Positions 22,490-33,700 of a stretch of DNA of 64,000 bases are shown one piece after another. This DNA is from Dudresnaya verticillata (Eukaryota): positions 2,542,001 through 2,606,000 of the forward strand of contig OZ374557.1 in the NCBI GenBank assembly GCA_977862235.1. The letters are read 5' to 3'. The stretch's first letter is position 1. Each line of letters begins with the position of its first letter. A model generated the notes under the pieces. That model searched no databases, had not been told where the DNA came from, and saw only the letters and a list, made by a program, of their open reading frames with translations. Both the position numbers and the translations under genes were made by a program.

Positions 22490-25123
22490 ATGCAGCCAAA
22501 CTACATCTATGGTATCGCACCTGGCGCTAACGGTGTTCCGATTACTGCACCCAACACTTCCGGTGCTCTAATCCCCTCTATTGGCCCTCTCATCAGCCCC
22601 ACATCTACCACGGCCTTCGTTAACAAACCGCTTCTTGCGTCATCTACGGGCGCATTCCTACATCGCGAGCAGACCCAAACGGTCGATTCGCTGACCGCCT
22701 TTCCGTCGCGAGCTCCGCAATCTGTACTGGGCGTTGCAGAACTCACCGAAACTAACCCCCCGCTCACTGCTCCAATAATATCTACTGGTGGGGGTAATCA
22801 AGCAATTCAAGAAGCTGCTGCGCTTCATTTTGCGCACAACTCCGGTATGAGCGACGCCGCGAATCCTAATCGCTTACAAGCCACGTTACAGAAAGCATAC
22901 CGAAATGGGGCCGCTGCAATGGAGTAAACGCTCCGAGCGCAGTCGCAAGCGCAAGGTCGTAATCAGTTGCAAGTCCAACCGCCGCCGGCCCAAGTTTCAC
23001 AGTCAGCTGAAAGGCAAGGCCATTCTGCCGTGGCGCGCGCTTCTCTGCCCCAGCATAGGGCAGTAGACTTGTTTGTCCCTTTCAAGGACATGCTCAAGGC
23101 AGATGGGAGAATTGATAAGAACCATGGAGGGAACTATGGAGTTTATCAGGGCGTGGACGCGGGCGTCGGCGTCGGCGTCGGCGTCGGCGTGGGCGTGGGC
23201 GTGGGCGCGGGCGCAGGCGTGGAGGTCGTAACCACAATGGAGGGTACAACAACAACCGGGGCTACAACAACAGCTCTGACTAGAACAACCATGGCTACAA
23301 TGATAGCTAAGACTATAACAACCGTGGCTACAACAATACCTCTGACAACAACAACGTGGCTACAGTAACGACCGTGGATACAATAACAACCGTGAAAACG
23401 GTTCCTACAACAACGACCGTGGCTACAAAAACAACGACGTGTCTACAATAACGACCGTGGATACACTGATGGCGGATCCACTAGAGGTTATGAGGGCTGC
23501 ACTGGTTCCCGGCATAATGGTGGTTATCCTGCTCAAGGAAGCCACGAGCGGCACGTTCGCTTTCAGAACATGTCGCAGAATGAGCGTGAGGATGAGCGCC
23601 GCAAGTAGCGCAGCGCATTGAAGGAGGTATCTCAGAAGCAGAGACTTTGGTTTGCGGCTCAAGTGAATGCAATTATTGCACGTGGGAGGGTCTGGGTTGT
23701 GGGTCAGGAGGACATGGAACCGGGGCGTGACATCATAGACGCCATGGAGCGTCTATCTACAAACCGCTTTGGACCTTGGTGGCAGGATTATCATGAACAC
23801 AACGTCAAGACAGAGACTGGCGTGTGGAAGTTTGACTTCGTAGATCAGGAGAACCTTCTTCGGTCCTTGGATTGTTATCACCATGTGCGCTTTTTCACCT
23901 ATGTTCGCCAGTCTTGTTCCTACACCTCAGCCGATGATCTCGCATTCAAGGCTGCGCAGAGCCGCGTCGAGATGTTTAAGATTCAGCGAAGGATGCTGAT
24001 TGAGTTTTTCCATGATGAGGATACTCAGAAGCTGATTTCTCCGATGGCCCACGAGGAGGCCATGTACCATGAGAACAATATCAACGGGTACATTCTACCC
24101 CCACCGAACTATGGAGACCATCGCGACAACCCATATCCGCCCGGTCCGTCTACTGGTTATTATGATGGACCACGCCACCATAATGATGGGAGCTTTGGCG
24201 ACAACTTTTATGTGCAGCAAAAGGATCGATTCAAAAGCGCTTTTGGGAGGACTACGAACGAGGCCAACGGTTTTGGCCGAGGCGACAGCTACAACGATCA
24301 CCGTTACCACCATGGTGGTCGAGATGATCGCAACGATGTCAATCAGGGAACGGTAGGCGGGCCCGAAGACCGTCGTGATGGAGGTGCTTCTGCATGGGGA
24401 CTTGCACTGGGTGGTGGCAGAGGGGATACAGGGTCTGGAACGGGCCTTCGCTCCCGCCCTTTCAATCATGCCAGTCGTCCACCTCCTCGTCCGCAGCCAC
24501 AGAATCAGAGAGCTGCGGCTATGCCCGCCTCTGAGAAGGCAGTTGTTCCGGCTTTACCGGTAGAGTCCACGGCGGCATCTAAGCCCGCTGGATCCGCTGA
24601 AGCTTTTATTGGCTCTGGAAAGGCACCAGTTGCTATTGGTAACACACCAGCTTCTATTAACAACACACCAGTAACACACCAGCTGCTATTGACAACACAC
24701 CAGCTGCTACTGGTAACACACCAGCTGCTATCGACAACACACCAGCTGCTATTGGTAATACACAAGCTGTTATTAACAACACACCAGCTGCTAATGGTAA
24801 CACACCAGCTGCTAGCAGCTGCTGCTGGCAATGGAGTGAGGAATGAAGCCGGCTCAAAAGCGACGCTGGGGGGGGGCGGGGTGGTGGGAAGGAAACCGCC
24901 ATGGGAACTCCCTCTGCTGCTCAAAATGCAAAGCCCGATGTTAACCCACATCTTGATCCACAGGTTGCGGAAAAACTCCCACCGACACTCAAGTCAAGCC
25001 TTCTGAGTGCTCAGAGGTTCCGTCCACCGGGGAAGCTGGAGGTAGTGCTGCGGTTCAGCCCTCCCAGAGCAATGAGGCCTCGCCTATGGCAGGCTTTGGG
25101 CGTCCCAACACACGCAGCAAGAG
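22490..25123 (+). pseudogene. MULE cargo ORF1: low-complexity RG/GYN-repeat protein with a central folded-looking domain (last codons at 38729-38738, beyond the gypsy insertion)
   Basis: ATG at 22490 (MQPNYIYG). ORF pieces 22481-22927, 22967-23368 and 23618-25006 are linked through stops and frameshifts. The final frame ...GFGRPNTRSK|SRK* rejoins across the gypsy TSD. A homologous copy lies at 10543-12766. Confidence 0.65.
24641..24815 (+). repeat. 21-bp coding tandem repeat (AACACACCAGCTGCTATTGGT-like, ~8 units; NTPAAIG)
   Basis: Directly visible. One partial unit near 24662-24672 shifts the reading frame. Confidence 0.9.
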
Positions 25124-26166
25124 TGTGGCATAGACGTCAGGTCGAACTGACGTCTAGCTGCGCTGGTCGATCAGTCGCACCCAGACCCGTCGAAGGGTGG
25201 TAGCTGTGGTGGTAGAGCGGCGGTGTCGGCCGCGCGCGCAGTCGACGGTCACAGATCAACGGCGTCGAAGCCTGAGCGCGCACGGGGCGTACCGTACGCG
25301 GGCGGCAGCGGCCGGATCCCTGCGTCCCCGTCGTGGGGCGGCACGAAGCCGACGGTAGGGAAAGGAAAAGGAAAGCCTAGACGGCTAGGGAAAGAGGGAA
25401 GCCGTAGGGCGAAGGACTGGGAAAGAAACCCAAAGCAGAAGGGCAAGCCTGGCGTAGGCTGGCTTCCCTGGTTTACTCAAGCCCGGAGGGGCGACTACTA
25501 GATATACTACAGGGCCTGAGGCGGCACCAACCCGGGAGGTGCGCCGGCGCGCCCCAACACGCGTCGACACGTACGGGTAACGGTAACCCGGGGGCGCGCG
25601 TGGGCGAAACGGTCCACACGTACTCAACGGCTCGACGCCGGAGTGCGCGCGCGCGTGTCACGCACTCAACGGCTCTGTGCCGGAGTGCGTGCGCGCCGCG
25701 CGCAGGACAGCAGGGCGTTCGACCGCCACTTACACTAGACGGTGCTGTACACTTCAAAACAATAAACGTAGAACTTACATGGGAGTTTCAGTGTCACACG
25801 CGTACGCGTGCACACGCGGGCGCCACTGCGCACTTCCTCATAGTTCAGCGGGGCTTCGGGGCCACCGGCTGACAGTGTGCGCACAGCAGTGCATACGTGG
25901 CGCAGCTGGTCTTACAGCTGCGCGCGCCACTGCGCACTTCCTTACAGTTCAGCGGGGCTTCGGCGCCACCGGCTGACAGCGTGCGCACAGCAGTGCACAC
26001 GTGGCGCAGCTGGTCTTACAGCTGCGCGCGCCACTGCGCACTTCCTTACAGTTCAGCGGGGCTTCGGCGCCACCGGCTGACAGCGTGCGCACAGCAGTGC
26101 ACACGTGGCGCAGCTGGTCTTACGGCTGCGCGTCCGTGGCACAGCTGGTCTTACAGCTATGCCACA
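25124..26166 (-). repeat. 3' LTR of gypsy element 2 (1043 bp; three 104-bp U3 tandem units)
   Basis: TGTGGCATAG...CTATGCCACA termini. Units start at 25821, 25925 and 26029. Adjacent to the PPT. Confidence 0.95.
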
Positions 26167-26501
26167 CAAGCCCCCCTCAAGCGCGAACGCCTCGGTCGCG
26201 ACCGTTACGACGCGCACGCTTTGGGGTGGCCAAGACGGTGCCCGGGATTGGCCAGCGGGCCCCCGGACGTCCGTCGGTGACGGGCGTCGATGCCGTGTCG
26301 GGTGTGCCCGCGTTGAGCCGCGACGGGCTATTTAGGGAGCCGCCTCTGCGGCTCCGAGTGGTGGGGGGTGGTCTGGTCATCGCTCACCACGACCACCAAC
26401 ACTCCCTCCCCCACGCGTACAGCTGCCTGTCGACCAGTGCCATACGCTCCAAGCTTTCGACGCTCTCAACCTCCTCCCCCATCGCCAGCGTCGACGCGGC
26501 G

Positions 26502-29306
26502 ATGGAGTCACGCGAGCCGATCGCGGACGGCGCCCCCGCCGAGGGGGCGCCGGTTACCAAGCTCACCTCCTCGACTGAGTCAGTCGTCGGGGGTGGACCT
26601 GCCGAGCCGGTGCCAAAGGCGCCGGCGGGCGGAGAGGCGCGGCCTTCGACGGCCGCGCCAACCGCAGAGCGACCTTCGACGGTCGCTACAGCAGAGGCGC
26701 AACCTTCGACGGTTGCGCCAGAAGAAGCGCCCCCATCGACGGGTGCGCTGGGCAAGGCCGGGCGCGCTCCTGCCCCGGCTTCTTCCGCCGGGGCGGGTGG
26801 CGTCGACGCCAACCCCACCCCAACGCCCGCCGCCGACGTCTGGTCAGAGGCGGTGGCCCTTGCTGCGGCGCAGGGCAAGAGAATGAAGGACCCGAGTGGG
26901 GCGGCCTCTGCCGCCCCGCGCCCAGTAGCGGCGGCTCGGGTCTTTCAGCCGACTGGCCCGCCTCGCACAGGGCCTACGGCTCACACCATCACTCAACCCG
27001 CGTCGACGCGAGGAAGGGCACCCACGGAGCAGCCTTCGCGCTCCGCGGTGCCGACGGTGGCCAGGGTGCTCGACCTGAGTCGGTCGAGGTCGCCCACGCC
27101 CTCCGGGTCGGGGAAAGGCCCCGCAGCGGCGGCACCCTTTTTGCCGCGCGATTCTGCTGGCATAGGGCCGTCGACGGCCCCGACGCCGTCTCCCGTGGCC
27201 TCTGCCAACGCAGAGGGGGAGGCCGCGGGCGTCGATGAGTCCACCGCTGCGCCCGTCGTGCCTCTTGTTGGGGGTGTCGGTCTCAGTCGGACCGCCCCTC
27301 ATGGGCCAGGCGCCCCCTGGACAGCACGCGTCCCCGACAGAGACGGTCTTCGCCTGGGGGCGCCACGCCACCAGATCCCGCTGGATCAGTGGCGCGGGCT
27401 GCAGGAGCCTTGAGCAGACGTCCGGCGGCTCCTGAGGGTGGCCCACGCGAGCGTGGACGGAGTGGCGGCAGCCTATGCCGCTTTCCTCCGGGCGGACGCC
27501 ATATTCTGGCTCACGCCGTTGGGGTTACCCTGCGATGTTTCTTACGTCGCCTCCCTTGCGGAGCTTCGGCGGGTGGACAGGGCAGCCGTTGCCCTCTTCC
27601 TCACACCCGCCGATGAGTGGGCCCCGCTCCTACCTGCCACCATCCCAGAGATGCGCACGGTGCCCGTCGACGAGCCCGTGGATCTCGCGCATCGTCTGGC
27701 CGATGCCGACTCTGCGCGCCGCCTGTTTGGGGTGTGCTTCGGGGAGCGGGACTGGGATGTATGCAAGGCCCCGGGCGAAGGACGCCCGTCAAAGGGGTGA
27801 AAGTTACACCCGGCGCTCGACGCGGCCTGGTTCCCATCGGCGGAGTGGTACTCCCACCGTGACACGCCATCGGGATTCACTATCCCGTGGACAACCATAG
27901 ACCGGTATTTCCACTACGCGACGGTTGGTCGCGTAGCGGCTCGTCGTGAGCTCCTGGCTAGGCGCTCAGATGAATACACCTTCGAGGTGGGCCGCCGCTA
28001 CTGTAGCGAGCTCCTCGCGAAGGGGACAGGCTGGGTCTTCGACGACCGCCTGATCAATTTTCCCGCGACCGGCTGGTCAAGCGAAAGGCCGTGTTTCCCA
28101 GACTTGCTCCGTCCTTCGGATGGCAAGTCCTTTGGGTTCGGCGAGCTGCTCGGCGTAGTCCGCCGAGTTGCAGCGGCAACCGAGAAGCACACGCGGAGGC
28201 GCCACTTCTCTTCATGCGTCGACGCGTTCGTGTGTGGCTTCGTGTCAGAGACAGGGGCTCTCTATAAGATCCAGCGCAACCGTGGCACGCACGACCGCCG
28301 GGAGCGCGTCGAGCGCTCCGGGCTCGCCTCGATGGCCTACATGGCCCGCGCTGAGCGCGCCGGTCGTCGCTGTCGTGCCGTGAATGCTAACCCTGGGTCA
28401 GTCGCGGCCGTCATGGCGGCGGAGACCGAATCGTACATCCCGCCGCCCCCAAGGGCGTCCGCGCGTCGTGCGCCAGCCGCCCCTGCGGCAGTCGGCGGAC
28501 CGGCTGCTGCGGGGCCGTCGACGACCCGCGCCCCTCCGGCCGCTGCTGTTAAGGTGTACCAGCCCCCGCCAGTCCCGTCTGGGTCGCCGGCGGTGGCTTA
28601 TGTCCCACCCCCTCTAGTGGTCGACCCACTGGACGAGGCGGTGAGTGCGGCAGTCTGGGCCTATCCGACTGTACGCAGCGCGGTCTCCTTGGCGCCTGTC
28701 GGGCAAGGCGTATCGACACGCACGCTCCTGTAGGCCCTGGCATCGAGCGCAGTGGCGCTGCAGGAGGACGTCAACGTCTCCAATGCCGTCGCGGTTCGAT
28801 ACCGCGACGAGCGGGACGGCTTTGCCCGCGAGGTGCAGAGGCTCCGCGGGGAATTCCAGCGCATGTCTTATGCGCCGGCGCGCAAGAGGCTGCGTGAGGA
28901 GTACTAGCCGCCCCCGACGGGGTATGCGTCGATGCAGCCGATGCAGTCGTACGCTCCGGGCCCTTCTGGCCCGGTTGCCCCTTGGCAAGGCGCCGGGCAA
29001 CTTATGTACCCAGGCGCTCATGGCGGCGCGCCTGCGCCGCCCAGTGCTGCAGGCGTCGTGCCACAGCAGGCGGTTCTTCTGCAAGTGAGGGGCCCGTCGA
29101 TGGGCCCTTACCACCCTGCGGCTCCCATAGGTGGGGGCGTAGTGGCGTACGGAGGCTCGGCGCCTCCGCTTCCCGCCGGGGGTCTTCCACCAGCGCCAGC
29201 GGCAACCACTACTGTGGTTGAGGGCTACGTGCCCGCGGCGCCGGGGGCAGCGGGCTCTGCGACCGCCTTTCCCGGCGTGGATCCTGGGGGCGACTCCGCC
29301 CAGTAG
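26502..29306 (+). pseudogene. Large antisense accessory ORF of gypsy element 2 (~900 codons, disrupted, unknown function)
   Basis: ATG at 26502 (MESREPIAD). ORF pieces 26001-27413, 27438-27800, 27987-28733 and 28932-29306 are separated by single stops or frameshifts. P/A/S/T-rich ends flank an aromatic-rich central region. Confidence 0.6.
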
Positions 29307-30761
29307 TTATACCGTAGTGGTTTATGCTGTAGAAGCATCCTAGTTCGAGGCGGTCGATCGCCTCGCTAGTTGTAAGACCGCCTCTGCGTGGCTGGTTCAT
29401 TAAAGGGCAAGGGGTGGGCGAAGACTTCGGTCTACGTCGACGCGTTTTCAACAGCTGCGCCTTCGACCGCGCGGCTGCGTGCGAGCTGTGCTCGCGGTAG
29501 CAGGTGGTGGGGCTTCGACACCCCACCTCACTATGGGTGCCATTGTGCCTGACCCGCGTCGAAGCGGGTGGCGGTCCGCAGTGCTGGCGTCGACGCCACA
29601 CAGGGGACTGCCAGCGCGCGCAACGCCGCGTCGATGCGGATCGCCAGCGCGGAGCGGGTGGCCCTAGTGGTGGCGTTGCGACTTCGCGCGCCGGAGGGGA
29701 CCGCGTCGACGCGGTCCGATCCCCGGGAGTAGCCAAGAGCGTGGCGGCGGTTTGCGCAGCCAACCCTAGGCCAGGGGCATCGATGCCCCTGGATGAGTGT
29801 GTAGAGGCCCGGGGGTGTCGAAACCCATTGGGCGTTCCCAATTATTTGTGTTTTGGCTACAGTTGACACTGTAGCCTGAACACAAATCTGCGCCTCCTCG
29901 CTTGTGGGGCGCACGCGTCCCAAATGTGGGTAAGCGCGCGCCTGTATTTGGCAGGGGCCGGTCGTCTGCCGCGGTCCCCTCGGCCTTCCCATCGTCGAGG
30001 TGGTTGTGCCGCTCACGCATCGAAGCGCAGCGGTGCAACTGGAAGGACGCCGGCCTTCTTGGCTCTGGTGCCCCACATCGACGTGGGGGCTGTGCGCGTT
30101 GGCACCCCACCCGGCTAGGCGCCCGGGTGGTGGGTGTTGGCCGAATATTACGCGCGGCTGCGGCGCGGCGTTGGTGAAGGGGGCGTCGACGCCTGCCCTC
30201 CGCCATCTGCGTGCAGCTGCCAATTGACGTCGACGTCGGTGGCGCTTCGACTTGGATGGCTCAGTGGCTTCTCCAGCCGGGTCGCGTCGAGCTTCGACGC
30301 TCGTTTCGCGTGCGCATATGGCGAAGGCCCTCCGTCCGAGTCGACTCGGCGTGCGAGTGCCCTCGTTTTTTCCTGGGCTTCTGCCGCGTGGCGGTGGAGA
30401 AGGGGGCGTCGACGCCTGCCCTTCGCCACCTGTGCGCGGCTTCGCGTCGGCGTTGGTCAGACAACCCCCGACGGTGCGGGGTGTCTTCCGCATAGCGGGA
30501 CGTCACTACGGCCGGGCGTCGAGCCGGCAGTGGCGAAAGGCGTCGTGCCCAGCATCCTTGCGATGCGCATTTCGCAAAGCACCCTTGACCCTTGGCCTCT
30601 GCCATTGGCGCGGGGTGCTTTCGGCTTGGGCCGCCGGCTTAGGCAGCCGCAATTCATGTCCTTGCCATGGGGTTTAGGCCCCACGTGTTCCCGTCGCTGG
30701 GAAAAAGGCAAGGATGCCTGGATGAGGGAAATAACAGGCAAAGAATGCCTGGGGCCCCTCC

Positions 30762-33700
30762 TTAAGCACGAGGCGCCCCCGCCGAGGGGGTGAGTGAAGG
30801 GTATGGGGCGTCGAGCCCAGAGCCCTTCTGACGCTTCTGTGCGCGGAAGTATTGGCTCACCACCTCCTCCGGCAAATGGGATCGAGGTTCCCAATTCGGC
30901 TTAGAGTAGCCGGTCCACTTGACCTGGAAGAGCAGCGTGCCGTCTTCGGCCGTGCCATGGTCAAGTACCTTGTCCACCACGAACCGCGGGCCGTCGACGG
31001 CTTTGGACGCGAGCTCGTCGGCGGTGGACAAGTACGCGCTTCGACGCGCGGTGTCTTCCCGCAGAGGCGGGGAACAGAAGACGGCTCGGTCCGCTGCGAT
31101 GCGTTCGACCAGGCCGTCTCTGTCGATAAACAACGTGCGCTCGTCGTTGAGCAGCACGCGATAAGGCCCGATGGCCGGGCGCTGCAACTTCGATGGTTTC
31201 GTCACCCCGTCTGTTGCGTCGATGAAGACATAGTCCCCAGCCTTGATGCGGGAGTTGACCTTCCGGACCCGTCGGTCAAAATCCTTTTTGTAACGCCTCT
31301 GTGTTTTGGCTAGGGCGGCAGAAGCCAGGCCCATAGCGGTGTCTAACCGCTTGAGAAAGTCCGTTCGGACATCCTCACTAGGTTTCGGGCGGTCGGCCGC
31401 CGAGTGAAACTTAGTGAATTCCAGCGGAGGCTGTGACAGCACTAAGCTCAAGGGAGTCGTCCGCGTCGAGCGATGCACGTGACACTTGTAGTAATACGTC
31501 AACGCAGAGGCGTATCGATCCCAATCGTTTTTGTGATCGTTGACGTAGTTCCTCAACATGGCCATGACGGTCTGGTTGTAGCGTTCAGCCTGCCCAATCG
31601 ACTGGGGGTGATACGCGGAGGTGAACACGTTGTTCAAACCCAAACACCGGCAGATGGCTTGGAAGGACTTCGATGTGAACTGCTTTCCGTTATCGGAAAG
31701 CAGGGACCTAGGGGGCCCGTAGTGGAAGACCAACTGTTCACAGAAGACAACTGCGACGTTGTAAGCCGTAATGGTGCGCAGAGGCGCGGCTTGCGTCAGC
31801 TTAGTAAAGCGGTCCGTCATGACGACGAGGAATTTGCGACCAGACTTGGTCTTGGGCAAGGGGCCCAGTATGTCGATAGCGACGGATTCCAGCGGCCTGG
31901 TGGCCGGGAACAGCTTCAGTCTATGAAGGTGTCTTCGCAGTCTAATGTGGTTACGGGCACAGTGCCTGCAGTTTCTTACTATCATGGCGATGCTGGCCGC
32001 CATATGCGGCCAGTAGTAGGTCTCACGTAGGGAATAGAACATCTTGTTCTGCCCTGGGTGGCCCACGAGGAGGGAGTGGTGCGCGAGCGTGAGCAGCCGA
32101 GGCTGTAACGACTCGGGCACCACTATCTGGTCTAGCGAAGCTATGACCGGATGGTGGCGGCATAGAAGCCCATCCCTGTCCTCGTAAAAATGGTTATCCC
32201 GTCGACGGGACTGCCTGGCCAGTACGGGCTGGCAGAAGGAGTCGTGCCGCTGCGCGTCCACAAATTCCTCGACGGAAATAGGTGAAGGGAGCTTCACTGG
32301 CTCCACGGACATCAAGTCCGATGGGTCGTCTCCCGCGTCGACGCGGAGGAGATCGAAAAGGTCGACGTCATCGGTGCCGTCCCACGCCGCTTCGTCGGCC
32401 AAGTCCGGGGGTTCGTCTGCTGCGACCGTCTTGGGCGCGGTGCCGGTGCTGCTTCCCCGGACTGGCTTCGGGACCGGCTGTGCTGGGGCCGAACGCGTAG
32501 ATGCGTTGGCCTGCGAGCGTGTGGTTACCAAGACGGGAGCCGCGGGTTCTGTACCCGAACGTGCCACCGGCGTCTCAGCAGAGGACTGGTCGATCGACGG
32601 GGGGTCAAAGGTAGGGACTTCGTCGTCAACCTCCCCCTGTTTCCGCTGGGGCCGAACCAAGCGGGACAGGGCATCCGGGACTTGGTGTACCCGCCCGGGG
32701 CGGTACTCGATCTGGAAGTCGAATTCCGCGAGCCGCAGGCGCCACCGGGTCAGTCGACCCGAAGAGTCGGTCAGTGACATCAGCCATCGAAGCGCATCGT
32801 GATCGGTTCGAACCGTGAATCGCGTGCCTTCGATGTAGGGCCGCAGGGTTGTGATCAACCGCACCACTGCGAAGCACTCGGGCTCAGTGGCGGAGTAATT
32901 GCGCTCCGCTGAGTTGAACGAGTAGGACCAGTACCCGACTGGGTGGAGCTGGCCGTCCTCCTGCTCCTGCAGTAGGGCGCATCCGATCTGATAAGCCGAT
33001 GCGTCCGTATCGAGGATGTAGGGTCTACCCGTCTTGGGCAGCCGTAGGATAGGGGCGATATGAGCTTCGCTCTGAGCGTCTCATATGCCTCGAGCGCGTC
33101 GGCGCTGGGATTGTCGAAATCCACATCCGTGTCTTTGCGGGTCATGTTCGTCAGAGGACGTGCGATCTTCGAAAAGTTGCGCACGAAGCGGCGATAGACA
33201 TTGCACGCGCCGAGGAACGACCTCACCTTCGTCAGGGAGGTCGGGAACTGCGCATGGCGGAAAACGTCGCTGCTTGTCTGCGCCATGCGTAGCTTCCCCG
33301 GTTCGATGACGTGGCCTAGATAGCCAACGCGCGACTGAAAGAATTGGCACTTCTTCAGTTTCAGGGATACTCCTCCCTTGTGCAACAGATTCAGCACTTG
33401 CTCTAGATGACCAAAGTGCTCCGCGATCAACCGCGAGAAAATGATCACATCGTCTAGATAGATCAGGCAACACTGCCATCGGACGCTGCTGAGGATGATG
33501 TCCAGTGCGCGCTGGAAAGTCGCGGGGGCGTTCTTCAGCCCGAAGGGCATTCGCAAGTAGCGAAACGTCCCTAAGAACGAAGTAAACGTGGTCTTATCCC
33601 TGTCAGCCTCTGCGACAGGGATTTGCCAGTACCCCGCGTTGCAGTCCAACGTCTAGAAGACGGCTGCGTCGCCTAGACTGTAGATGCAGTCGTCCATCGT

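Noticed and set aside
25821..26135. Regularly spaced repeats resembling a CRISPR array (also 11662-11803 and 24641-24815)
   Set aside because: They are head-to-tail tandem units with no unique spacers, there are no cas genes, and the context is eukaryotic TE.
29400..30760. Multiple overlapping 100-320 aa ORFs on both strands
   Set aside because: GC-rich, stop-poor spacer of gypsy element 2 with local duplications (e.g. 30177-30210 and 30399-30433). No protein-like signal.
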